DNA of 62,098 nucleotides from Candidatus Omnitrophota bacterium (GTDB lineage: Bacteria > Omnitrophota > Gorgyraeia > JABMRN01 > RBG-13-46-9). Every line of letters begins with the position of its first letter. The stretch's first letter is position 1. The notes beneath the pieces were generated by a model that was not told the origin of the DNA, ran no database searches, and saw only the letters and a program-made list of their open reading frames with translations. This document shows positions 1 through 8,139 of the stretch, piece by piece. The stretch lies in assembly GCA_024542975.1 (NCBI GenBank), contig JAMXCZ010000002.1, positions 1-62,098 on the forward strand, given 5' to 3'. The position numbers were made by a program, and so were the translations under genes.

Positions 1-2
1 GC

Positions 3-185
3 CGCGCAATAGCCGAGGGCGCTCGCGTCATCGGCTATTTGCACTGGTCGCTTCTTGACAATTTTGAATGGGCTCATGGATTCGGGCCGCGTTTTGGGCT
101 GGTGGAGGTGGATCGTGCGAGCCGAAGACGCATCGCAAAGCCGAGCGCCTATGTTTTTTCGGAACTGATTAAGACAGCGGCCTAA
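3..185 (+). CDS. glycoside hydrolase family 1 (beta-glucosidase-like), C-terminal fragment; 5' end lies outside the window
   Basis: Frame 3 reads ...GYLHWSLLDNFEWAHGFGPRFGLVEVD..., the conserved GH1 C-terminal NFEW/RFG block. Stop TAA at 183-185. Confidence 0.75.
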   Translation, partial: RAIAEGARVIGYLHWSLLDNFEWAHGFGPRFGLVEVDRASRRRIAKPSAYVFSELIKTAA

Positions 186-253
186 CCCGCCAAAAACACT
201 TGTCAATTATCACTCCTTACTGTAATATAATCACAAATACACAGGAGGGGATT

Positions 254-682
254 ATGCAAAATGAAGAATTGAAGAAAAAGATCTTGAAGGTGATCAAGGA
301 ATATCCGGTGGCTTCGATGGCAACTATAAGAGATAGCAAGCCCTGGGTGCGTTACATGGCAATGCAGCTACATGAGGGTGTGAGCCTTTACAGCACGAGT
401 TTTGCTGCTTCCAGAAAAATAGGCCAGATCAAAGAAAATAATAATGTCCACGCTGCTTTCGGCGCAGACCCTAAGAACTGGATGCTTCCGTATGTCAATG
501 TCGAAGGCACCGCTGAAATTTTAACTGATCCGGATACCAAAAAAAAGTGCTGGCATGAAATGCTGGCCCAGTTTTTTAAAGGTCCCGAAGACCCAAACTA
601 TGTTGTCATTAAGATCACGCCCCGGATGATGGAATACTGGGAGCACGGCGCCGGTGCGCCTGAAGTGTATAGAGAAAAATAA
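254..682 (+). CDS. pyridoxamine 5'-phosphate oxidase-like FMN-binding split-barrel family protein
   Basis: ORF track gives 200..682. I prefer ATG 254, preceded by AGGAGG. The N-terminus (YPVASMATI...KPWVRYM) resembles general-stress-protein-26/PNPOx-like proteins. Confidence 0.55.
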   Translation: MQNEELKKKILKVIKEYPVASMATIRDSKPWVRYMAMQLHEGVSLYSTSFAASRKIGQIKENNNVHAAFGADPKNWMLPYVNVEGTAEILTDPDTKKKCWHEMLAQFFKGPEDPNYVVIKITPRMMEYWEHGAGAPEVYREK

Positions 683-752
683 AACATACCCGGAACGGGT
701 CTATTTTCTTGAAGAAAGGATAGGCTATCCCAGGTACTGGAAAGGGTAAAAA

Positions 753-1112
753 ATGAAAGATTGGGTAGGGCGTTTATTTAAAACAATAGATAAAAAAGAT
801 GTTGATCAGTTTATTCTCTTTTTAACCGAAGATGCCTCATTTCGCTTTGCAAATATGCCAGCTGTTGTTGGCAGGGAAAACATACGCAAAACTACTTCGC
901 AGTTCTTCTCAAGCGTAAATGGCCTGAAGCATGCTATTGAAAAAGTGGTAAAATCCGATGATGTTGTAGTTTGTGAAGGAGCGGTGACATACATGCTTAA
1001 GGATAACAGCAAGGCAACGTTTCCATTCGCAAACATATTCCGCATGAAGAACGGGCTTATTGCTGATTACCGTATTTATGCGGATATATCAACGTTGTTT
1101 CAGAAAGCATAA
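753..1112 (+). CDS. SnoaL/NTF2-like fold small protein (hypothetical)
   Basis: 119 aa. The pattern 'D.F..FLTEDA.FRF.N....G...I' is typical of SnoaL-like domains. A terminator follows. Confidence 0.45.
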   Translation: MKDWVGRLFKTIDKKDVDQFILFLTEDASFRFANMPAVVGRENIRKTTSQFFSSVNGLKHAIEKVVKSDDVVVCEGAVTYMLKDNSKATFPFANIFRMKNGLIADYRIYADISTLFQKA

Positions 1113-1155
1113 GTATAAAGACGTTGTCCAATCACGCAGGACATGCTGGTTAAGC

Positions 1156-1189
1156 AAGCCTCAAGATAAAACTTGAGGCTTTTCTTTTT
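1156..1189 (+). terminator. rho-independent terminator
   Basis: AAGCCTCAAG-ataaaa-CTTGAGGCTT followed by a T-rich run. Confidence 0.6.
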
Positions 1190-1249
1190 ACTGGTATAAT
1201 TAAGGAATAAATATAAGAGGGCGCAGTAAATAGAGGCGTTTTTTCGGGG

Positions 1250-1414
1250 TTACTTTCGGGGGATTTTAATGCGGGACGCCGATATTTTTACTACTTTGCC
1301 GTTTCGCCAGACTGCGAGGGGGCGGTTGGCTTTTCTGTGGAGTTCTATGACTTCGCGGACGGCTTCTTTTAACGCAAGCACTGCTTTATCCTGAAGAGAC
1401 AAACGTTTTTTCAT
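1250..1414 (-). CDS. unannotated 54-aa ORF, translationally coupled to the zeta-like kinase gene (candidate partner/antitoxin-like protein)
   Basis: My own translation: MKKRLSLQDKAVLALKEAVREVIELHRKANRPLAVWRNGKVVKISASRIKIPRK. Its ATG overlaps the upstream TGA (ATGA at 1411-1414). It is below the 60-aa cutoff of the ORF track. Confidence 0.45.
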   Translation of the reverse strand: MKKRLSLQDKAVLALKEAVREVIELHRKANRPLAVWRNGKVVKISASRIKIPRK

Positions 1415-2310
1415 TTTTCCCTCACTATTTTTGAGATCTTCGCAAATAGATCTTTATCAATGACTGTACGCTGATTTCCTTTTTCTTTTGCGATCAGGCC
1501 GGGCGTAGTGGATGAATTATTGAGTAGTATCCATGAGTCCAAAAGCGGCATATAAAATTTGAAAAAATTGTGAGTCCCTCTATGAAAACGCCTCCGGACA
1601 TCCTGCCGGGGGACGTCATGGCCGCCGGCAGCTACCCTGTCTTTTATACGCGTTACGGCCAATTTAACGGATGGAATCCATAGGAAAAATAAATGCAGGG
1701 CATAACCGTTTGCTTTTAAGTCTCTCAAACGGTTTATGTAAGACTTACCCGATAGCGTTGTTTCAAAACCGAAATCAAGGCCTTTTCCCGCTAAATCACT
1801 TATTTGTTCAAGCACGAGCCTGCCGGCTTTCATTGCGGCGATCTGGGGAGAAAACGGGGATAATCCACGGGCAATAAGATCGGAATTTACAAAATGCAGG
1901 CACCCGGTATAGTTGGGCAGGAATTTTTTAGCGAATGTAGTTTTTCCGGAACCATTGGAGCCGGCTATGATGTAAATATTTTTATTCCGGGCCCGGTTAG
2001 TAAGATGATTGCCGATCTCCTGTTTAAGCGAGCTTTCTTTTCGGAACATGGGTTTTAATATCCGCCTGACCATGTTGCTCGTGTTATTAAGGCCGTAAAG
2101 ATGCTGCCTTCCGATAATCTTGCGCTTTAATACGTCCTGCCTGTAGAGCTCTTTGAGTGCCGCATGGGCTGTAGGAGCGGTTATACCGGCGAGCGCCGCT
2201 ATTTGGCGGCCGGAGGCCCTGAAATCGTCCTTTCTTAAAGCAAAAAGTTTTATGATCTTCGCTTTTGAGCCTGTATTTAAAATGCTGTCCAATGATCTAT
2301 CCGGTGTCAT
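1411..2310 (-). CDS. winged-HTH domain fused to a zeta-toxin/COG4185-like P-loop kinase domain
   Basis: The N-terminal ~100 aa look MarR/TrmB-like (SGRQIAALAGITAPTAHAALKELY). Walker A GSNGSGKTTFAKKF and a following region resemble zeta-toxin family ATPases. Confidence 0.65.
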   Translation of the reverse strand: MTPDRSLDSILNTGSKAKIIKLFALRKDDFRASGRQIAALAGITAPTAHAALKELYRQDVLKRKIIGRQHLYGLNNTSNMVRRILKPMFRKESSLKQEIGNHLTNRARNKNIYIIAGSNGSGKTTFAKKFLPNYTGCLHFVNSDLIARGLSPFSPQIAAMKAGRLVLEQISDLAGKGLDFGFETTLSGKSYINRLRDLKANGYALHLFFLWIPSVKLAVTRIKDRVAAGGHDVPRQDVRRRFHRGTHNFFKFYMPLLDSWILLNNSSTTPGLIAKEKGNQRTVIDKDLFAKISKIVREK

Positions 2311-2312
2311 AG

Positions 2313-2350
2313 TGTAAACCTTCCTTTACATGTGTAAAGTATACATTACA
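2313..2350. promoter_or_regulatory. two operator-like palindromes just upstream of the wHTH-kinase start
   Basis: TGTAAA-N6-TTTACA (2313-2330) and TGTAAAGTATACATTACA (2333-2350, near-perfect 18-bp palindrome). Confidence 0.4.
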
Positions 2351-2462
2351 TATAAAACGGTGTCAAGTGTAACATTTACTGCAGCACTTATTGGAATCAT
2401 TGAGCATAGCGAGATATTGCTTGAGGCGAGGATAGTTTGGCGGTATAATTAAGTTCATGAAA

Positions 2463-2522
2463 TTAACCAATATCTAACCCGGTTAGTTTAACCAGGTTTG
2501 ATATTGGTTAAATATTGGTTAA
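2463..2522. promoter_or_regulatory. nested palindromes abutting the start codon of the hemerythrin-domain gene
   Basis: TTAACCAATAT (2463-2473) is complementary to ATATTGGTTAA (2501-2511, repeated at 2512-2522). They enclose TCTAACC-C-GGTTAG (2473-2486) and TTTAACC-A-GGTTTG. No SD lies before ATG 2526. Confidence 0.5.
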
Positions 2523-2525
2523 TAA

Positions 2526-3329
2526 ATGGAAGAATATCTAAATACACCGATAAAAGAAATCATAACTAAATTCCCGAAAGTCGGGGAGATCCTCGAAGAA
2601 TACAATATCGGCTGCGTTCCGTGCAAAGTCGGTTCCTGCCTGTTAAAAGACATTATGGAGATACATAATTTGCCTGAAAATGAAGAACGGGAGCTCCTTC
2701 GGCGGATCGCTCAAGTAATTTATCCCGGTAAAAAGATCGAGATACCCAGGATCGAGAGAAAAAATAGAAGAAAAGCCGGAGATCTCACTTATTCCCCTCC
2801 TATGAAGAAGCTGGTGGATGAACATGTATTGATCAAGAAGCTGGTAGCGGCAATACCGAAAATCATCAAAAATCTGGATCCGGAATCAGAAAAAGGCAGG
2901 GAGGTGATCCGTAAGAGCGTTGATTTTATTCGGTTTTATGCGGACAAATACCATCACGCCAAAGAGGAAGAAATACTATTTAAATATTTTGATGAAAATC
3001 TGGATATACTTAAGGTGATTCATGAAGACCATGAGAGTGCCCGCGCCCATGTGCGGGCAATATTGGAAGGATTGGATAAAAAAGATAAGGGGAAAATCGC
3101 CGAACACCTCATGGCATATCACGAGCTTCTTACCGAACACATAAAAAAGGAAGACGAAATACTATATCCGTGGATGGATAGAAACCTTTCGACTGCTCAG
3201 GTGGGTGAGTTATTCTCTAAGTTTAATGAAGCAGATGGGGCAACTGACAAGGAAGTAATAGGTAATTGTAAAAAATTTGTTGAGGAACTGGAAAAAAAAT
3301 ACAAAATTAAAAAGGAGGCCGTAAAATGA
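2526..3329 (+). CDS. DUF1858-like redox-disulfide domain + hemerythrin HHE cation-binding domain protein
   Basis: The N-terminus (FPKVGEILEEYNIGCVPC) is DUF1858-like. The C-terminal half has H/E-rich hemerythrin-like helices (HHAKEEE, HEDHE, HIKKEDE). Confidence 0.6.
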   Translation: MEEYLNTPIKEIITKFPKVGEILEEYNIGCVPCKVGSCLLKDIMEIHNLPENEERELLRRIAQVIYPGKKIEIPRIERKNRRKAGDLTYSPPMKKLVDEHVLIKKLVAAIPKIIKNLDPESEKGREVIRKSVDFIRFYADKYHHAKEEEILFKYFDENLDILKVIHEDHESARAHVRAILEGLDKKDKGKIAEHLMAYHELLTEHIKKEDEILYPWMDRNLSTAQVGELFSKFNEADGATDKEVIGNCKKFVEELEKKYKIKKEAVK

Positions 3330-3805
3330 TGAAACATGGAATGGAAGGATGCCCGGGTTCAAGAATGCAGGATTTTAGCAAAAAAAGCGCGGATGCAAAA
3401 GAAGAAACCGGAAAGAGAGGGTCGCAGTTGGGGCAATGGCCGATTCAGCTGCATCTTGTCTCGCCCATGGCTCCGTATTATCAAAAGAGCGATGTGCTTT
3501 TATCGGCTGATTGCGTGGCTTACAGCGTAGGAGATTTTCATAAAGATTACCTTAAGGGTAAAAGTATTGCTATTGCCTGTCCGAAACTTGATGAAGGGCA
3601 GGATATATATGTCGAGAAGATAAAGTCCCTGATCGACGATGCCCAGATAAACACCTTAACGGTTATGACCATGCAAGTTCCTTGCTGTGCGGGGCTTGTT
3701 GCTGTAGCGCAAAAGGGCCTTCAGTCGGCGAAAAGGAAGATACCCATTAAGTCTATCGTAGTAAGTCTTCAAGGGGATATTATTTCCGAGGAGTGGGTAC
3801 AGTAA
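3326..3805 (+). CDS. conserved Cys-containing redox-associated protein of unknown function
   Basis: ATGA overlap with the upstream gene. The motif WPIQLHLV...ADCVAY...IACPKLD...QVPCCAGL is one I recall from proteins annotated as Fe-S-associated. Function is not established. Confidence 0.5.
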   Translation: MMKHGMEGCPGSRMQDFSKKSADAKEETGKRGSQLGQWPIQLHLVSPMAPYYQKSDVLLSADCVAYSVGDFHKDYLKGKSIAIACPKLDEGQDIYVEKIKSLIDDAQINTLTVMTMQVPCCAGLVAVAQKGLQSAKRKIPIKSIVVSLQGDIISEEWVQ

Positions 3806-3894
3806 ATAGCGTAATCGAAAATCTTAAATGTGAGCGGTACGCGTCTCACCCGAGATAAAAGCTTTGTAACTCACCCGGCGGGTTAGGAGGAAAA

Positions 3895-4221
3895 ATGGAA
3901 GGAACAAACATTATCGGGCAGGCAGGGAACTTGACTGATTTGGTCGAATATCAGGAGGGTTCGGTCGTAAGCAAAGAGGTTATTAAACAGCCCAAAGGGT
4001 CGGTTACTCTTTTTGCTTTTGACAAGGGCCAGGGCTTAAGCGAGCATACCGCGCCGTTCGATGCTTTGGTTTACGTTTGTGACGGTGAAGCGGAGATCAC
4101 TATCTCGGGGAAGGTCCACAACTTGAAGGCCGGAGAAACCATCATAATGCCTGCCGGTAAACCGCACGCGCTGAAAGCGCAGGAACGCTTCAAGATGCTT
4201 CTGGTGATGATACGGGCTTGA
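3895..4221 (+). CDS. cupin domain protein
   Basis: 108 aa with SD GGAGG. Cupin motifs are present (G..L.EH.APFDALVYV.DGEAEI...G....L.AGE.I.MPAG.PHAL). Confidence 0.7.
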   Translation: MEGTNIIGQAGNLTDLVEYQEGSVVSKEVIKQPKGSVTLFAFDKGQGLSEHTAPFDALVYVCDGEAEITISGKVHNLKAGETIIMPAGKPHALKAQERFKMLLVMIRA

Positions 4222-4327
4222 AGGTGGGAAACCGCTCTTTCGATAATTAATACGATTTTTTTGAAATTTTCGTTGTTTTTGTGTATTATATATAGTAGAG
4301 AGTAGACTATAAGAAGGAGTGTGCAAT

Positions 4328-4867
4328 ATGAGTAAAAAGTTGATCGGGATCGTGGCTGTTGTTGCGTTGGTTTTTGGTGCCCTGGCGCTTACTGCTTTTG
4401 CGGATGGTTACGGAAAGGAAGAGGGCTACCACGGTAAGGGTAAAGGGGGAGGCTTTGAAGATAAAGTTTCGTGTAAGGCGTATTTTCTTCTGAAGAATAA
4501 GGAAGAGCTGGGGCTTTCGGATAAGCAGATAGACAAGATAAAGAAGCTTAAGCTCAGCGTCAAAAAAGACGCGATCAAGAAAAGCGCGGAAATCGAAGTG
4601 TTGGCGCTTGATATAAAAGCGGGGCTCTGGAAGGATAAGGCTAACAGCGCTGCGTTAGGTAAATTGATTGACAAGAAATACAAGCTTAAAGCGGAAAAAG
4701 CAAAGGCCGCGATTGGCGCTTATGTTGCGCTTAAGAAGGTTCTTACGAAGCCGCAGAAGGCGAAGATGAAGGGACTTTTTAAGAAATGTAAGGTGTCTGA
4801 GAAGTCTAAGAAATGTAAGGTGCCTAAGAAGTCTAAGGTGCCTAAGAAGTGTAATTTGCCGAGGTAA
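4328..4867 (+). CDS. periplasmic Spy/CpxP-like (LTxxQ-type) protein with a Lys/Cys-rich repeat tail
   Basis: Signal peptide MSKKLIGIVAVVALVFGALALTAFA. LSDKQIDKIKKLK is an LTxxQ-like motif. The C-terminal tail is KCKVSEKSKKCKVPKKSKVPKKCNLPR. ATG 4328 is preferred over GTG 4319 because of the SD AAGGAG. Confidence 0.5.
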   Translation: MSKKLIGIVAVVALVFGALALTAFADGYGKEEGYHGKGKGGGFEDKVSCKAYFLLKNKEELGLSDKQIDKIKKLKLSVKKDAIKKSAEIEVLALDIKAGLWKDKANSAALGKLIDKKYKLKAEKAKAAIGAYVALKKVLTKPQKAKMKGLFKKCKVSEKSKKCKVPKKSKVPKKCNLPR

Positions 4868-4887
4868 GACCGGTTTTACTTTAGAAA

Positions 4888-4941
4888 ACAGGGACACATT
4901 TTATTTTTCTTCCGAAAAATAAGATATGTCCCTGTTTTTTT
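4888..4941 (+). terminator. rho-independent terminator (long two-part hairpin)
   Basis: ACAGGGACA...TTATTTTTC-ttcc-GAAAAATAA...TGTCCCTGT followed by T7. Confidence 0.75.
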
Positions 4942-5004
4942 ATGGATTCCCATTAAAATGCAACTTTACTTGTCTATATTAGTGGAAGGATATATAATAA
5001 GAAA

Positions 5005-6816
5005 ATGCAGCAGAGAATGTATGATGTGCTGAAAAAATATTGGGGATATGAATCATTTCGGCCTTTGCAGAAGGAGGCGATTTTATCCATACTGGAAGAA
5101 AGGGAGAGCCTTACGGTGCTTCCTACGGGAGGGGGGAAATCTTTATGTTTCCAGCTTCCCGCGCTTTTAAAAGACGGGATGGCTTGCGTTATTTCGCCGC
5201 TCATTGCCCTTATGAAAGACCAGGTAGATGGCCTTAAGGATATGGGGATTTCTGCTGCGTATCTCAACTCCAGTATTTCGCTTACCGAAGAGCGCGCCGT
5301 AATAGATTCGATTCGAATGGGGAAGATCAAACTTTTATATATCTCACCCGAACGCCTGCAAAAAGAAACGATGATACGTCTTCTTAAGTCGGCCGGGGTT
5401 TCTTTCTTTGTTATTGATGAAGCGCACTGCATAAGCCACTGGGGGCATGACTTCAGGGAGGATTACCGGAATCTTGGTATTATCAAAGAAACGTTTGAGG
5501 GGATCAGGATACACGCCTTTACGGCTACGGCTACCGTAGAAGTCCGGAAAGATATTATAGAGCAGTTGGCATTCAATGATCCTGAGACGCAGATAGGTTC
5601 GGTGGATCGTCCAAATCTGATTTACCGCGTAATGCTGCGCACAAATATCATAAAACAGATAACCGATGTCCTGATGAGGCATCCCGATGAAGCCGGCATT
5701 ATATATTGCCTTCGCCGGGACGATGTTGAAAATGTATCGGCCAAACTAAATGACCTCGGCTTTAAAAACATCCCCTACCATGCCGGCATGACAGACAGCG
5801 CGCGGCATCTCCACCAGGACAGGTTTGTTCGCGAGGAAGTGGATATCATCGTGGCTACGGTGGCTTTTGGTTTGGGGATAGACCGCTCCAATATCCGCTT
5901 TGTTATACACGCTGCCATGCCCAAGACGATCGAGCACTATCATCAGGAGACGGGGCGCGCCGGGCGCGACGGACTCGCGTCTTATTGCTATATGTTCTAT
6001 GGCGGGATGGACTATCGCACATGGAGTTATTTTCTTAAAAATTCTCCGAGCCGGGAAACGATGAAGGCGAAGCTCGGCGCTATTTATAATTTCTGCACAA
6101 AGCCGGGGTGCCGGCACAGGATTTTTGCAAATTATTTCGGCCAATCTTATAAAAAAACTTCATGTGAGGCCTGCGACTATTGCCTGAATGAGCTCGAGAT
6201 GGTGGAGGATCCTTTGCTTTTGGGCCAGAAGATCCTGTCCTGCGTTGTCAGGGTGAGAGAAAGGCGCGGTTTTGGATTTGGCGCAGATCATATAGCAAAT
6301 GTCCTTAGGGGAAATTCGACAGAGAGAATTACCGGAAGAGGCCACCAGAATCTTTCGACTTTCGGAATAATGCCCGAAGCCTCGATACCGTTTATCCGAT
6401 ACATGATCGAACAGCTGATAGGCCAGGGTTTCCTGCTCCGCGAAGGGGAATTCTCAACGCTTTCGGTAACGCCTTCCGGAAGGGAGCTTCTTTCGGGGGA
6501 CGCCACACCTCTACTGGTCAAGCCCATGATTGCGGCAAAGAAGAAAGAGATACAGAAAAAAGCGAGAGAGAAAAAAGAAAGAGACTGGGCCGGCATGGAT
6601 CAGAAACTCTTTGAGCTTCTTCGGAAAAAAAGAGCGGAACTTGCCGGAAAACATGGTGTTCCCGCATATATCATCTTCGGCGACAAATCCCTGAAAGACA
6701 TGGCCCTCACAAAACCCGTAACCCGCGAAGCATTCGCCGCCGTATTCGGCGTAGGCGAACATAAATTAAAGATCTACGCCGACACCTTCATACAAGTTAT
6801 ATCAAACCATAACTAA
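5005..6816 (+). CDS. recQ: ATP-dependent DNA helicase RecQ
   Basis: GGGKSLCFQLPA (motif I), VIDEAHCISHWGHDFR (DEAH box), Zn-binding C..C..C..C, and a C-terminal HRDC region. Confidence 0.95.
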   Translation: MQQRMYDVLKKYWGYESFRPLQKEAILSILEERESLTVLPTGGGKSLCFQLPALLKDGMACVISPLIALMKDQVDGLKDMGISAAYLNSSISLTEERAVIDSIRMGKIKLLYISPERLQKETMIRLLKSAGVSFFVIDEAHCISHWGHDFREDYRNLGIIKETFEGIRIHAFTATATVEVRKDIIEQLAFNDPETQIGSVDRPNLIYRVMLRTNIIKQITDVLMRHPDEAGIIYCLRRDDVENVSAKLNDLGFKNIPYHAGMTDSARHLHQDRFVREEVDIIVATVAFGLGIDRSNIRFVIHAAMPKTIEHYHQETGRAGRDGLASYCYMFYGGMDYRTWSYFLKNSPSRETMKAKLGAIYNFCTKPGCRHRIFANYFGQSYKKTSCEACDYCLNELEMVEDPLLLGQKILSCVVRVRERRGFGFGADHIANVLRGNSTERITGRGHQNLSTFGIMPEASIPFIRYMIEQLIGQGFLLREGEFSTLSVTPSGRELLSGDATPLLVKPMIAAKKKEIQKKAREKKERDWAGMDQKLFELLRKKRAELAGKHGVPAYIIFGDKSLKDMALTKPVTREAFAAVFGVGEHKLKIYADTFIQVISNHN

Positions 6817-6833
6817 CCAACGCCTGCCCTTTT

Positions 6834-6890
6834 TTTAAAATAATATGCAGCAAAACGGAATATCCTGTGTCTATACATATGAAAGGAGGT
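6834..6890 (+). promoter_or_regulatory. conserved 57-nt element, copy A (ends in the SD of the small ORF)
   Basis: TTTAAAATAATATGCAGCAAAACGGAATATCCTGTGTCTATACATATGAAAGGAGGT. Copy B, about 90% identical, lies at 15708-15764. Confidence 0.6.
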
Positions 6891-6893
6891 TTT

Positions 6894-7085
6894 ATGGGAA
6901 GAATGAAAAAAGAGAAAGGTATTTCACGAAAGGATATTATCGAATTGTGCAGGCTTCTTTTTGACGGTCGGGTATCGCTTGATGCGAAAGAATTTATTAT
7001 CACCAACATCGCCGAGAGTCCCGTAAAAGAAGCGCGGGCAGCGATCGAGAAGTACAGAAGATGCAGTAAGAACGGCAAGTTATAA
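6894..7085 (+). CDS. hypothetical small protein (63 aa)
   Basis: ATG lies 4 nt after AGGAGG (6884-6889) and is in frame with ORF-track entry 6867..7085. No recognisable domain. Confidence 0.45.
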   Translation: MGRMKKEKGISRKDIIELCRLLFDGRVSLDAKEFIITNIAESPVKEARAAIEKYRRCSKNGKL

Positions 7086-7163
7086 TGCATTTACACAAAA
7101 ACATACTTGCACTTGATTTTTAAAAAGAATGTGATATAGTTTATACTTAAAGGGAGGTGGAGG

Positions 7164-7487
7164 ATGATAAAAGTTGTTACGATTACTATAGTTGCACTTT
7201 TTTTGGTTGTAGCTTTTACGTCTGTTTCTTTTGCGGCTGAAGCAAGGCCGATAAACAAGCTCGGCAACGGGCTGAACAACCTGCTGACAAGCTGGATGGA
7301 TATACCGAGGCAGGTGAAAGCGGTAAGCGAAGAGCAGGATGCTTTCGCCGGGATGACGTATGGCGTCGTAAAAGGCATAGGCCTCGCGCTTGCGCGAACT
7401 ATCGCGGGCACATTTGATGTAATTACGTTTCCTTTTGAACCGTATGACCAACCCGCCATGGATCCGATTTATGGCATGGGAGACTAA
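7164..7487 (+). CDS. small secreted protein resembling the exosortase-system-associated TIGR04073 family (paralog 1)
   Basis: Signal peptide, then the motif NKLGNGLNNLLTSWMDIPRQ...G...G......R...G..DV.TFP. The family assignment is from memory. Confidence 0.55.
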   Translation: MIKVVTITIVALFLVVAFTSVSFAAEARPINKLGNGLNNLLTSWMDIPRQVKAVSEEQDAFAGMTYGVVKGIGLALARTIAGTFDVITFPFEPYDQPAMDPIYGMGD

Positions 7488-7522
7488 CCGGTATTTGTAT
7501 TTCTAATTAACACAGAATGTTA

Positions 7523-7553
7523 ACCGCGTTCCGCTTGCCAGGTGGAACGCGGT
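7523..7553 (+). terminator. hairpin, terminator-like (weak T tract)
   Basis: ACCGCGTTCC-11 nt-GGAACGCGGT. Confidence 0.4.
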
Positions 7554-7581
7554 GTCTATTATTTAACAAGGAGGTGGGGAA

Positions 7582-7902
7582 ATGGTAAAAGTTGTTGCGA
7601 TCACTGTGGTCGCGTGCTTTGTGGTTTTGGCCTTTACATCTGCCTGTTTCGCAGGTAGCGGTGAACCCGGGCCGGTAAACAAGCTTGGCAAGGGAATCAA
7701 CAACCTACTAACTGGCTGGCTGGAGTTGCCGAGGCAAATTACGATCTCGTCCAAAGAGGAAGGCGTAAAGGGGCTACCCTACGGATTTATCAATGGGCTG
7801 GCGAATATGATAGTCAGGACAGTAGCGGGAGCGATAGATACAGCCCTGTTCATTGTCCCGCCATTCGATAAGCCCTTAATGGAGCCGTTCTTAGAGTTTT
7901 GA
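7582..7902 (+). CDS. small secreted protein resembling the TIGR04073 family (paralog 2)
   Basis: Same architecture as 7164..7487: NKLGKGINNLLTGWLELPRQ...R.VAGAIDTALF..PPFD. Confidence 0.55.
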   Translation: MVKVVAITVVACFVVLAFTSACFAGSGEPGPVNKLGKGINNLLTGWLELPRQITISSKEEGVKGLPYGFINGLANMIVRTVAGAIDTALFIVPPFDKPLMEPFLEF

Positions 7903-7937
7903 CGCAGGACATAATAAGGATAGTTAGTTGATTTTTC

Positions 7938-7976
7938 CAACCCGGGGGTGGTAATTCCACCCCCGGGTTGCTTTAT
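7938..7976 (+). terminator. rho-independent terminator
   Basis: CAACCCGGGGGTGG-taatt-CCACCCCCGGGTTG followed by CTTTAT. Confidence 0.65.
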
Positions 7977-8139
7977 ATGCTGTTAGGTAATACAAAAGTT
8001 TATTCTGCGCTCTTGTTGCGGTTCTCTATGTAATGTATACTATATTTAGCAGCGCATGAGAGATATGAGCGAGTGGCATTTTTTTTACCCGGTTATATAA
8101 CGTTTTTCAAAAGTTCTGTTTAAACTTGTAAGGTGCGCC

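Noticed and set aside
200-253. N-terminal extensions proposed by the ORF track here and at 4319, 10057, 11256, 16940, 23129, 23667, 24433, 29540, 43743, 48793, 50981 and 60197.
   Set aside because: In each case a downstream start has a proper SD, or matches the canonical family N-terminus, or avoids overlap with the preceding gene.
6861-6880. Possible LexA/SOS box in the conserved element (CCTGTGTCTATACATATG).
   Set aside because: It does not fit CTGT-N8-ACAG (it gives CTGT-N8-ATAT or CTGT-N6-ACAT) or the Gram-positive GAAC-N4-GTTC box. It is kept only as an unexplained conserved element.
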